NCBI GenBank assembly: GCA_016875215.1
Contig: VGRX01000001.1
Span: 11,312-75,311, forward strand
Length of the DNA stretch: 64,000 nt
Direction of reading: 5' to 3'
Source of the DNA: Deltaproteobacteria bacterium
GTDB taxonomy: Bacteria; Myxococcota_A; UBA9042; CAIXZC01
The position numbers and the translations under genes are program-made. The notes under the pieces are model-generated. The model did no database searches, was not told the origin of the DNA, and was given only the letters and a program-made list of their open reading frames with translations. Of this stretch, positions 46,530-55,666 are shown in pieces (positions within the stretch are counted from its first letter, which is position 1; each line of letters begins with the position of its first letter).

Positions 46530-47585
46530 ATGGCAAGGAAGAGTAAAGAGGCGAGCCTCGTCACGGGGTCGTGTGGTTTCATCGGCAGTCACATCGTGGA
46601 AACGCTGGCCGCGGCGGGGCACGAGGTCATCGCGGCCGACATCGAGGCAGCGTGGAAGACCGATTCGGTGCCGCAGGCGCGCTATCCCGGCCTCGTCCGG
46701 AAGCTGGCGGCGCGTTGCGAGACCATCGACCTGGCGAAGCCCGAGACACTGAAGGCCCTGCCGACCGAGGTGGACTACGTGTTCCACGTGGCCTCGCTGT
46801 TCACCTACTCGGCGAAATGGGATGCGCTGTACCGGGTGAACGTGGAAGGAACCCGGGCGCTCCTGGCACGGTACGCCGGATCGAAGCGGCTCAAGCGCTG
46901 GCTCCAGATCGGTGCGGGCGGAGTCTACGGTCTTCCTTCGGAACGGCAGAACCGGACGTTCACCGAGGACATGGCCCCGAACCCCAGCAACGACTACCTG
47001 CGCTCCAAGTGGGAGCAGGAATTCGCGATCATGGAAGCCGGGAAGCGGGGGGAGATCAACTGGACGATCGTGCGGCCTACGACAGTCTACGGCCCCCGCG
47101 GCGGGTACGGCTCGCGCAAGCTGTTCCTCGGCATGGATGGAATGGCGGTGGTCGCGGGACCGGCCAACTTCAAAGGGCACATCCCCTTCATCCACGTGGA
47201 GGACCTGGCCCGGGCGTGCCTGCACCTGGCCCAGCACCCCGACGCCGAGAACCAGGTGTTCAACCTCAACGACGACACGGACATGACGAACCTCGAATAC
47301 ATGGAGACGATGGCTCGGCTGCTCCATGTTCCGTTCGTGAAGCTGCCCCCGGTTCCGGCCAGGAAGCTCATCGATGCGCTCATGCCTGCGCTGAAGTTCC
47401 AGCACCGATTCTGCCGGGACGTGCTCAAGAAGCAGTCCCCCATCGAGCCGGACATGATCGCCTACTTCCCGGAGGACTTCCGCTATTCGAACGACAAGCT
47501 GAAGAGGACCGGATTCACGTTCCGCTACCCGGACGCGCGGCTGGCATTCCCGAGCACGCTCCAGTGGTACCGGGACAACGGGTAG
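46530..47585 (+). CDS. NAD-dependent epimerase/dehydratase (extended SDR)
   Basis: TGSCGFIG, VFHVA, VNVEGT, YLRSK, RPTTVYGP, FIHVEDL. Confidence 0.9.
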   Translation: MARKSKEASLVTGSCGFIGSHIVETLAAAGHEVIAADIEAAWKTDSVPQARYPGLVRKLAARCETIDLAKPETLKALPTEVDYVFHVASLFTYSAKWDALYRVNVEGTRALLARYAGSKRLKRWLQIGAGGVYGLPSERQNRTFTEDMAPNPSNDYLRSKWEQEFAIMEAGKRGEINWTIVRPTTVYGPRGGYGSRKLFLGMDGMAVVAGPANFKGHIPFIHVEDLARACLHLAQHPDAENQVFNLNDDTDMTNLEYMETMARLLHVPFVKLPPVPARKLIDALMPALKFQHRFCRDVLKKQSPIEPDMIAYFPEDFRYSNDKLKRTGFTFRYPDARLAFPSTLQWYRDNG

Positions 47586-47693
47586 AGGAGGGCGTGAGGG
47601 AGGAACCGACATCGGCAGGGGCCCCCCCACAACCCGGAGCGTCAGCGACGGGCCGCGGGTAGTCACACCTGCCATCGACAGAGAGGAGGCGCC

Positions 47694-48263
47694 ATGGCAG
47701 CCACGAAGACAGGAAAGGACGGACAGGCCAGATACGACCACAAGGCGATGTGCCTGCTGCCGGACAGGATCCTGGAGGAGCTTTTCCAGCGGGGTACTCC
47801 GCCGGAGCGCAGTGCGATCGTCGGCTGGGAGTTCGACGGATACAACACCGGCACGCTGGCCTTTGCGATCCGGAAGTTCCGCAAGGGCTACTATGAAGAG
47901 CCGGCCTACGAGAAGGACGAGTTCGGCGGCTACAACGTGAACATCCGGCAGAGCCGCCTGGACCAGCCCTGGGTCGCCGTGATGAAGAAGGACGGGGAAC
48001 CGCAGAGGCATTCCTACTTCCGGGTCTACGGCGTGCGCGGCAGTGAGCCGGACAACTACTACCCGAACGCGCTGCTGCTCAACTACCACAGTCCCAAGAC
48101 GCCGGCCTGGAATCCGGCCAGCCGGTTGCGTGACTACCTGGTCCAGGTCTACCCCGACAACCCCGACCTGCTGCTGGGCAAGGCCTACGCAGCGCTGCCG
48201 GGCGGAAAACGCCTGTTCGTCTCGTTCTTCGTGCTCCAGCGGGCATGCAAGGGGATTGGCTGA
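47694..48263 (+). CDS. Hypothetical protein
   Basis: GAGGAGG RBS, 189 aa, good codon bias. Confidence 0.75.
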   Translation: MAATKTGKDGQARYDHKAMCLLPDRILEELFQRGTPPERSAIVGWEFDGYNTGTLAFAIRKFRKGYYEEPAYEKDEFGGYNVNIRQSRLDQPWVAVMKKDGEPQRHSYFRVYGVRGSEPDNYYPNALLLNYHSPKTPAWNPASRLRDYLVQVYPDNPDLLLGKAYAALPGGKRLFVSFFVLQRACKGIG

Positions 48264-48403
48264 GCCCCCCTTTCTGCCTGCGAACCTCAACCCGCGTGTG
48301 ACGCCGTCCGGCTGCGGACCGCACCGTCATTCGCTTGACTTCGCCCCCCGCTTTCGTTTAGTCAGTCCGTGGCTTGACAATCCCCCAGATCGACTGAGGT
48401 GCC

Positions 48404-49684
48404 ATGGGACATCTGACCTACGGGAACTACCGGCGCATGCAGCGCCGCCTCAATCAATACGTACCCGGCAATGCGGATTCCACCTCGCTGTACGAGATCC
48501 TCAAGGTGCTCGTGACCGACGAGGAGGCGCACCTCTGCTCGCTCATGCCGGTGAACCTCACCGCGTCCGCGGACCTCGCCCGGATCTGGAAGATGGCGGA
48601 GTCGGAGGCCGTGTCCGCACTGGACGCGCTCGCACACAAGGGGATCGTGTACGTCTTCGACGCCGGCGGGACCATGAAGTATGCTCTCGCTCCACCGGTC
48701 CTCGGCTTCTTCGAGTTCTCCCTCATGCGCACCGACGGGCGGTTCGACGCGGAAACCCTGTCGAAGCTCTACTACCAGTACAACAACGTCGAGGAGGGCT
48801 TCATCCGTCAGCAGGGGGCTGCGTGGCCCTCGTTCACGAGAGTTCTGCCCCACGAGGACATGCTGGAGGATTTGAGCTCCGAGGTCATGTCGTGGGAACG
48901 GGTCAGCGACGGCATCGACAGCGCAACGTGCATCACGACAGGGCAGTGCTTCTGCCGCCACAAGATGGAGCACATGGGCCTTGCCTGCGATGCTCCAATG
49001 GATGTGTGCCTGACCTTCAATGACACGGCGAAGTACCTCTCCACGCACGGCATCGCACGGGAGATCTCCAGGGACGAGGCACGCCGGATCATCCGGGAGT
49101 GCATGGATGCCGGGCTGGTGCAGATCGGCGAGAACAAAAAGAGCAACCTGGTGATCATCTGCAACTGCTGCGGCTGCTGTTGCGACCTGCTGCTGGGCTA
49201 CAAGAAGTTCGGCCTGACCGACATCGTCAGCCCCAGCAGCTACGTCGCCACCGTCGAGAGTCAGGGCTGCTCACGATGCGGCACGTGTGCGGAGCGCTGC
49301 CCCGTCGATGCCATCACGCAGACCGAAGCGCAAATACCGGTCGTGGGTGACCGCTGCCTCGGCTGCGGCGTCTGCACCCGATTCTGTCCGACCGGCTCGT
49401 GCCGCCTCGCTGGCCGGCCGGAGAAGATCTACGTGCCGGAGGACTTCCTCGAGAAATGGACGCTCGGCGGGATCCACCAGGCCAAGCTCGGCAACTTCTT
49501 CTTCGATGATCAGACCAGCAGCCTCCACCGGATCCTGCGCGTGCTGACGAATGCGACGCTCAGACTGCCGTTCCTGCGTTCGTTCCTGCTCAGCAGGCCG
49601 GTCCGCACGGCCCTCATGTCCGCGATTCGAAACAGCCGGCGCTTCCGGGAGTTCAAGGACCCGGCCCCGCCAGCCGCAGTGTGA
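48404..49684 (+). CDS. 4Fe-4S ferredoxin-domain protein
   Basis: CFCRH, ICNCCGCCC, CSRCGTCAERCP, CLGCGVCTRFCP. Confidence 0.88.
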   Translation: MGHLTYGNYRRMQRRLNQYVPGNADSTSLYEILKVLVTDEEAHLCSLMPVNLTASADLARIWKMAESEAVSALDALAHKGIVYVFDAGGTMKYALAPPVLGFFEFSLMRTDGRFDAETLSKLYYQYNNVEEGFIRQQGAAWPSFTRVLPHEDMLEDLSSEVMSWERVSDGIDSATCITTGQCFCRHKMEHMGLACDAPMDVCLTFNDTAKYLSTHGIAREISRDEARRIIRECMDAGLVQIGENKKSNLVIICNCCGCCCDLLLGYKKFGLTDIVSPSSYVATVESQGCSRCGTCAERCPVDAITQTEAQIPVVGDRCLGCGVCTRFCPTGSCRLAGRPEKIYVPEDFLEKWTLGGIHQAKLGNFFFDDQTSSLHRILRVLTNATLRLPFLRSFLLSRPVRTALMSAIRNSRRFREFKDPAPPAAV

Positions 49685-49785
49685 CGGGGGGCGCCGGCCG
49701 CCCCTATCGGACTTCTCCGTGCTTGACGTCTTCCTGAACCTCGCCTAACGTCAGGAAGAACGCAGCATCTGACTGGAGGGTTCGT

Positions 49786-50328
49786 ATGCGGAAACTGTCC
49801 CTGGCACTGTTCCTGTTGCTTGTCTCCTACTCCTCTACCGCCCTGGCCGAATGGCCGGAGGGGGTGACCACGGTGAAAGTCGAGAAAGGAACGACGGTCG
49901 AGGTCAAGGGCAACCTCGACACGGGCAAGCTCATCGAGGACCTGACGTTTGCGTCGAGGAGCAGCGTTGCCTGCTTCCCGGGCACCCAGAACGAGCGTTT
50001 CCGGGGAAACCACGTCTTCTTCGCCACCCGGATCCCGCCCCAGTCCATCATGAAGATCACGGTCGTCCCGGACGATACCTCGGCCGACATGAGCATCTAC
50101 GCATACGAGATCGGCACCACCAACTTCACCCTTCCGCCCGACCTCGCCCAGTGCGTCACCTGCGAAGCCGAGCACAAGTGGGACAGACCCAAGAAGGGCA
50201 AGACGCAGGACCACACCCGCACGGTATCGGTCAATGCGATCAAGAACCCGTACAACGTGGTGATCGGAGTTGCCGGCCCCAAGGACGTCAAGTCCGGTGC
50301 GTTCACCCTCAAGATCGAGCTCCAGTAG
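49786..50328 (+). CDS. Secreted hypothetical protein (beta-sandwich-like)
   Basis: GGAGG RBS, signal peptide ending ALA-E. Confidence 0.8.
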   Translation: MRKLSLALFLLLVSYSSTALAEWPEGVTTVKVEKGTTVEVKGNLDTGKLIEDLTFASRSSVACFPGTQNERFRGNHVFFATRIPPQSIMKITVVPDDTSADMSIYAYEIGTTNFTLPPDLAQCVTCEAEHKWDRPKKGKTQDHTRTVSVNAIKNPYNVVIGVAGPKDVKSGAFTLKIELQ

Positions 50329-50504
50329 CATCCCCCATGTGCTGGTTGCCATTGATGTTGCGGTGCGGACCATGTAGGGTATGTGACGGGGCAGCGTGGC
50401 TGACCGGCCCGTTCGACGTCGACTTCGTGAAGCCCGACTACGTCGAGGCCTCCTGTCCGGACCACAAGGTCACCGGCCAGTTCGGCGTACCGGTGTGCCT
50501 ATAG

Positions 50505-51431
50505 ATGGAGCAGACCATGCGTTCGGACATCACCATCGAGAACGGCAAGGCTTACCACATCGGGGTCGCTCCCCACGAGATCGCTCCACGCATATTCCAG
50601 GTGGGAGATCCGGCACGGGCGTTCAAGGTGGCGGACCGGTTCGACCGGGTGGACTTCGAGTGCAGGAACCGCGAGTACGTGACCCTCACCGGTACCCTGG
50701 CCGGCAAGCCGGTCTCGGTCATGGGGACGGGCATCGGCCACGACAACGTGGAAATCGCGTTGCTCGAGGCCTACACGTTGCTGGCCTTCGACCTGTCCAC
50801 GGCAACCCGCAAGACCCGGGTGCCGGAAATCACGGTGATCCGGATCGGCACGTCCGGAGGGGCGCAACCCGACGTCGAGCCCGGCACGATGGGCATCACG
50901 TCCTACGCCATCGGGCTGGACACCACCGGCATCTACTGGGACGTGCCTGTGCCGGACCAGACGGCAGGCAAGCTGGAGATCGTGGCAAAGAGACTCCTGG
51001 ATGATGCCACGGTCCCGGGCTCCCGCTTTGCCGGATGGGTCCGTCCGTACGCCTCCCGCGCCACACCGGAGATGGTGCGCCTGCTGGAGCACTCGGCCCG
51101 CGAGGCCGCTCCCCGCTTCCCCCTCGTGACCGGAGTCACCGTGGCGGCGCCGGGCTTCTATGGTGCCTCGGGACGCCGCATGGAGGGTCTGTCCCTCTCG
51201 GTCCCGGGCATCAAGGAAGTGTGCGCCGGAATCGAGGCCGACGGCCACCGGGTCGTGAACTTCGAGATGGAATCGAGCCTCATCTTCCACCTGGCCCAGG
51301 GCCTCGGCTGGCGGGCCGGAACAGTCTGCCCCATCATCTCGAACCCGAAGCGCCAGGGAAAGGTGATGGACTACCGCCCATGCGTCGAGGCAGCGATCGA
51401 CATTGCGGTGCGGGCCATGGAGCTCGTGTAG
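50505..51431 (+). CDS. Uridine/purine nucleoside phosphorylase (NP-I family)
   Basis: YHIG, VGDPARA, NREY, TGIGHDN, IRIGTSGG, GFYG, NFEMESS; start may be 50517. Confidence 0.88.
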   Translation: MEQTMRSDITIENGKAYHIGVAPHEIAPRIFQVGDPARAFKVADRFDRVDFECRNREYVTLTGTLAGKPVSVMGTGIGHDNVEIALLEAYTLLAFDLSTATRKTRVPEITVIRIGTSGGAQPDVEPGTMGITSYAIGLDTTGIYWDVPVPDQTAGKLEIVAKRLLDDATVPGSRFAGWVRPYASRATPEMVRLLEHSAREAAPRFPLVTGVTVAAPGFYGASGRRMEGLSLSVPGIKEVCAGIEADGHRVVNFEMESSLIFHLAQGLGWRAGTVCPIISNPKRQGKVMDYRPCVEAAIDIAVRAMELV

Positions 51432-51534
51432 GGTTGATGCCGGGCGGGAGAGCTGATGCTCCAGCTCGTCGTCAGAAGTCCTGTGCGCACGGAAGCACAT
51501 CGGGATCGTCGGGTACACGTGCGACAGCGTCCGC

Positions 51535-51637
51535 AGCCGCGGCGGCAAGACCGAGATCGACCTGGTCGTGCGCAGCCGCAGGAGGACAGCCTTCATCGAG
51601 TGCAAGTGGCGGGCGGAAACGACGGTTCCGTCGAGTG
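51535..51637 (+). repeat. 103-bp orphan copy of 54665-54767 (nuclease-motif segment of the downstream ATPase gene)
   Basis: 101/103 identical; differences 51542 G vs 54672 A and 51605 A vs 54735 G. Confidence 0.95.
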
Positions 51638-51718
51638 TTACGACTTGCCGGTCGGCCCCATCCCCCCGCACGCGACATTCCGCTTGACTACTTGAAAATT
51701 TCACGATAATCTCAGGTC

Positions 51719-52867
51719 ATGATTGCGAGAGGACTCCGACTTCCGAAGGCAGGCACCGAGACGTTCTTCCTCTGGGGACCGCGGCAGACCGGCAAGTCCA
51801 CGTTGCTTCGGGCGGCTTACCCGCAGGCGCTCTGGATCGACCTGCTCAAGTCCGACGAGTTCCGCCGTTACATGGAGCGGCCCGAGTTGCTTCGACAGGA
51901 AGTCGCTGCGATGCCAGTTCCTCCCCTCGTCGTCATCGACGAGGTGCAGAAGGTCCCCCTCCTTCTCGATGAGGTCCACTGGCTTCACGAGAACCGGGGC
52001 ATGCAGTTCGCCCTGTGCGGCTCGAGCGCCCGCAAGGTGAAGCGCGGCCAGGCGAACCTGCTCGGGGGAAGGGCCATCCGGTACCAACTCCTCGGTCTCA
52101 CTTCCGCTGAGTTGGGGAACGACTGGGATCTTGTACGGATGCTCAACCACGGATACTTGCCGCGGATCCATCTTTCGGACCGGCCAGAGCACCTTCTCAA
52201 GTCGTACGTCGCGGACTACCTCAAGGAGGAGATCGCAGCAGAGGGATTGGTGCGGAAGCTCCCGGTCTTCTCACACTTCCTGGACGTGGCGGCGCTGTCG
52301 GATTGCGAGCCGGTCAACTTCTCGACAATAGCGCGTGATTGCGGCGTGTCCAGCCAGTCTATCAAAGGGTATTTCGACGTGCTGACGGACACCCTCCTGG
52401 GTGTCTGGCTGCCCTCCTATCGCCGCCGCCCGAAGCGACGTGTCCTGGCATCGCCGAAGTTCTACTTCTCCGATGTCGGAGTGGTGAACTTCCTGGCTCG
52501 GCGGGGACAAAAGGAGCCAGGCTCCGAGCTGTTCGGCAAGGCGTTTGAAAACTGGGTCCGGCACGAGCTTGCCGCCTACAACGAATATGCACAGCGCAAC
52601 GCATCGCTCAGCTACTGGCGCCTCACGACCGGTGCCGAAGTGGACTTTGTCGTGAACGACATGGAAGTCGCTGTCGAAGCCAAGGCCACCCGGCGCGTAA
52701 CCAGCGACCACCTCAAGGGGTTGCGACAGCTCAAGGCGGACCATCCGAAGGTCCGCCGGCGGATCGTCGTGTCCCTCGAGGACAAGCCCCTGCTGACCCC
52801 GGACAAGATCGACGTGATGCCCGCTGCCGAGTTCAGCTGCCGGCTCTGGGGGGGCGAGCTGTTCTGA
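51719..52867 (+). CDS. AAA+ ATPase (AAA_14) with DUF4143-like C-terminal nuclease-fold domain
   Basis: GPRQTGKST, IDEVQ, CGSS, LLGGRA, PKFYFSDVG, FENWV, EVDFV..VEAK. Confidence 0.9.
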   Translation: MIARGLRLPKAGTETFFLWGPRQTGKSTLLRAAYPQALWIDLLKSDEFRRYMERPELLRQEVAAMPVPPLVVIDEVQKVPLLLDEVHWLHENRGMQFALCGSSARKVKRGQANLLGGRAIRYQLLGLTSAELGNDWDLVRMLNHGYLPRIHLSDRPEHLLKSYVADYLKEEIAAEGLVRKLPVFSHFLDVAALSDCEPVNFSTIARDCGVSSQSIKGYFDVLTDTLLGVWLPSYRRRPKRRVLASPKFYFSDVGVVNFLARRGQKEPGSELFGKAFENWVRHELAAYNEYAQRNASLSYWRLTTGAEVDFVVNDMEVAVEAKATRRVTSDHLKGLRQLKADHPKVRRRIVVSLEDKPLLTPDKIDVMPAAEFSCRLWGGELF

Positions 52868-52885
52868 GCGCCCGGCGCGGCAGCA

Positions 52886-52954
52886 AGTGCCGGCAACCCG
52901 ACGGCCGATGCGGCGAGACGGGCAGTTGGTGCGAGCAACCTGACGGCCGATGCG
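52886..52954 (+). repeat. 42-bp-period repeat family, locus D (two degenerate units)
   Basis: AGTGCCGGCAACCCGACGGCCGATGCG at 52886; GGTGCGAGCAACCTGACGGCCGATGCG at 52928. Confidence 0.85.
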
Positions 52955-53524
52955 CTTGAGGCGGCTCCGTCAGATTGGCTGCGCTGTGCGCCAGCAGATC
53001 TGTGGCCGCGGGCAATGCCGTACTTGGCTTCCCCCGCTGGGGGAGGATGCCCGGAGGCCCAGGCCTCCGGGCAGGAGGGGGGCTGATAGCTTCCCCAGAT
53101 TCGTGGGCCGACCAGTGACGGTGATTCGGGCGAAACTAGCAGCCCCCCCGCTGCGCCAGCCTCCGCCACGGCGTTGGCGTGGCTTGCTGCCCCCCGGAGT
53201 GGGGCTCCAAGCACGGCAGTGAGAATCCCCGTGACCTGACAGGCGCACAGTGCAGCCGATGCGCCCTCCAGGCGTTCTGCGGCGGCACATCGGGGGCCCG
53301 CGCCCACGGTCGTGCCGACGCCAGGGCCGTCAGGGATCCCGCACCAACGTCAGAAGGCTACCTTGATACGACTTGGCCCTCCGCCCCTTCTTCCCCGATG
53401 GCTACCTTGTGACGACTTGCCGGTCGGGCATTCCCCACTGGCCGCTGCCACGAAGCCAGACGCACCGGTTCTGCTGGCTGCGATTCAACTTGACTTTGGG
53501 CAAGTTGATGTCACGATAGCAGAC

Positions 53525-54979
53525 ATGAGACCGTTCGTGAACCGAACCGCCGAAGTTTCCGCACTGCGCCGCCGGCTCGCAGCCAGGAGATCGTTCGTCC
53601 TCCTGTACGGGCAGCGCAGGACCGGCAAGACATGGCTCCTCCAGCATGTCCTGGAGGGAGACGGTGATTGCCTCTTCTTCACTGCGGACGAGACCACGCC
53701 GAGGATGCTGCTCGAACGTTTCGTAGTCCTGGCGGCTGCCCAGAACCGGCTGCCGGGACAGGTGACACCGTCCGCTGTCGGGGACTGGGGGACGGCGCTG
53801 ACCCTCCTGCTGCAAGAGGCTGTGCTCCGGAAGCGCCGGCTGGTGATCGCTCTGGACGAGTGCCAGTACCTTCTCGACCGGGAGCCGTCGTTCCCTTCGG
53901 TGCTCCAGCGCCTCTGGGACGAGTTCAGACCACGCCTCTCCCTGCACATCGTCCTGTGCGGCTCGGCTCTTGGCACCATGGCACGCCTGGGCGATAGCCG
54001 GCAGCCGCTCCACGGGCGGTTCGACCTGAAGCTGCAGCTCCGGCCCTTTTCCTATGCGGATGCCGGACTGTTCGTTCCCTCGTGGTCTCCGGTGGACAGG
54101 CTCCGGCTCTACGGGATCTTCGGCGGTCTGGCGAGGCACCTGGCCTACGTGGATCCCGGATGCGATCTGGCTTCCAACCTGTGCCAGGTCGTTCTTGATC
54201 CGCTGTCCCCTCTGCACGATGCTCCGCACGACATCCTGCGAACCGAGAGGCTCTCGGCCCCAGCAGAAGCCGATGCCATCCTGGGGGCGATGGCACACGG
54301 TGAAAACCGCTTCAACGCCATTGCGGCACGCACCGGGCTTGCGGCCCCCCGCCTGGACCGCGTCTTGAGCGAGCTGCAGTCTCTGGACATCGTGCGCAAG
54401 GAGGCCCGGATTGGAGACAGCGACGGTTCCCGCTATGTGCGGTACCGATGCGCCGACCCCTTCATGCAGTTCTGGTTCCGCCTCGTCGAGGGAAACCGGA
54501 CTGCCCTGCAATCCACGCCGGCAGCGCGAGTGTACCAGGAGCGTATTCTCCCGCAGCTCGACACCTGCATGGGCAGTGTCTTCGAGTCGATCGTGGAGCA
54601 GGCCGTGCGGCGTGGCGTGCTTTCCGCTCACATGGATCCCGTCGACGAAGTCGGCTCGTACTGGAGCCGCGACGGCAAGACCGAGATCGACCTGGTCGTG
54701 CGCAGCCGCAGGAGGACAGCCTTCATCGAGTGCAGGTGGCGGGCGGAAACGACGGTTCCGTCGAGTGCGTTGTCGCAGCTTCGCGAGCACGCGGCCCGCA
54801 CCCCGTTTGCTGCGCAGGAGGCAATCTACTGCATCGCCTCCGCAGGCAGCTTCTCGAAGGGGCTGCGCCAGTGCGCCGGCGAAGGCAAGGTCGTTCTCAT
54901 AGGGCTGCCCGAGTTGACAGGGCTCCCCGGCACCGAGGCCCGAGACAACATGGGGCCCATGGTTAAGACCTGGTCCTGA
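53525..54979 (+). CDS. AAA ATPase (ATPase_2 type) with wHTH and DUF234-like C-terminal nuclease-fold domain
   Basis: FVNRTAE, YGQRRTGKT, LDECQYL, LCGS, PLHGR, DPFMQFWFR, FESIV, EIDLV..FIECRW. Confidence 0.9.
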   Translation: MRPFVNRTAEVSALRRRLAARRSFVLLYGQRRTGKTWLLQHVLEGDGDCLFFTADETTPRMLLERFVVLAAAQNRLPGQVTPSAVGDWGTALTLLLQEAVLRKRRLVIALDECQYLLDREPSFPSVLQRLWDEFRPRLSLHIVLCGSALGTMARLGDSRQPLHGRFDLKLQLRPFSYADAGLFVPSWSPVDRLRLYGIFGGLARHLAYVDPGCDLASNLCQVVLDPLSPLHDAPHDILRTERLSAPAEADAILGAMAHGENRFNAIAARTGLAAPRLDRVLSELQSLDIVRKEARIGDSDGSRYVRYRCADPFMQFWFRLVEGNRTALQSTPAARVYQERILPQLDTCMGSVFESIVEQAVRRGVLSAHMDPVDEVGSYWSRDGKTEIDLVVRSRRRTAFIECRWRAETTVPSSALSQLREHAARTPFAAQEAIYCIASAGSFSKGLRQCAGEGKVVLIGLPELTGLPGTEARDNMGPMVKTWS

Positions 54980-55009
54980 ATCCGGCCCAAGTCATCATAT
55001 GCGGCCCGC

Positions 55010-55363
55010 TCAGGCAGTTCCCCGCTTCCGGCCCAGTACAGCGTCCAGCTCACGAAGAACTCTGGCAAGCAGCGCGGGTTTGACCGCACCGAACGAGCGC
55101 AGCACCAGGGTGCGGCTCAGGCTGTAGACCTTGTCGGCACGGACCACGCTGTCCGCTTTCAGGCGACCGCTTGCGAGATCCTTCTGGCGCAGTGGAACCG
55201 CATGGGCTCGTTCTTCAAGATTGGACGTGACCGCCATTCCCAGGAAATCCGGGGAACCGCTGTTGTATGCGTCGCACGAGATGACCAGGACGGGCCTCGT
55301 CTTCTCTGACCTGAGGTTTGAAAACGGAAACGGAATGAGCACGATGGTACCCTGGTCAGGCAT
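55010..55363 (-). CDS. PemK/MazF-family toxin
   Basis: QGTIVLIPFPFSN..KTRPVLVIS..MAVTS..GRLKADSVVRADKV. Confidence 0.9.
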   Translation of the reverse strand: MPDQGTIVLIPFPFSNLRSEKTRPVLVISCDAYNSGSPDFLGMAVTSNLEERAHAVPLRQKDLASGRLKADSVVRADKVYSLSRTLVLRSFGAVKPALLARVLRELDAVLGRKRGTA

Positions 55364-55592
55364 CGTTCCATACCTCGTCGTCTACCGGGTTGTCCCAGAA
55401 GGCGAGGCTGCTCTCTGCTGCCTTGAGCAGGTCGTCCCCAGGGGGAACATCGCTGTCCAGCCGTTTCGCCAGGCCGTCGAGGACGTAGTCTCCCAGGCTC
55501 ATGTCCCTCTTGGCGGCGGCCACACGCAGCCGCCGCTTGATTTCCGTCGACACGTAGATCGTCAGGCGGGTCTTCTGCGCCGGTTCGCTCAT
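55356..55592 (-). CDS. Ribbon-helix-helix antitoxin
   Basis: GGAGG RBS; KTRLTIYVSTEIKRRLRVAAA..MSLGDYV; acidic tail AAESSLAFWDNPVDDEVW; overlaps the toxin start. Confidence 0.82.
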   Translation of the reverse strand: MSEPAQKTRLTIYVSTEIKRRLRVAAAKRDMSLGDYVLDGLAKRLDSDVPPGDDLLKAAESSLAFWDNPVDDEVWNDA

Positions 55593-55614
55593 TTCCGTCA
55601 CCTCCTGCACAAGA

Positions 55615-55646
55615 ATGACAATAGCAACCTGGTGACATGTTGTCAA
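55615..55646 (-). promoter_or_regulatory. TA promoter with palindromic operator
   Basis: TTGACA-17 bp-(TG-C)TATTGT; palindrome TGACA-TGT-TGTCA at 55633-55645 overlaps the -35. Confidence 0.7.
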
Positions 55647-55666
55647 CGGGTCGACGGTCCGTCCCC

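Noticed and set aside
53010..53230. GC-rich imperfect inverted repeats between the two ATPase genes as ncRNA or MITE
   Set aside because: Stems are imperfect and I found no second copy in the window; cannot be supported without folding and covariation analysis
51535..54767. 103-bp duplication as a DGR template/variable repeat pair
   Set aside because: Only two mismatches, with the A on opposite copies; not AAC-rich; no reverse transcriptase or Avd gene in the window
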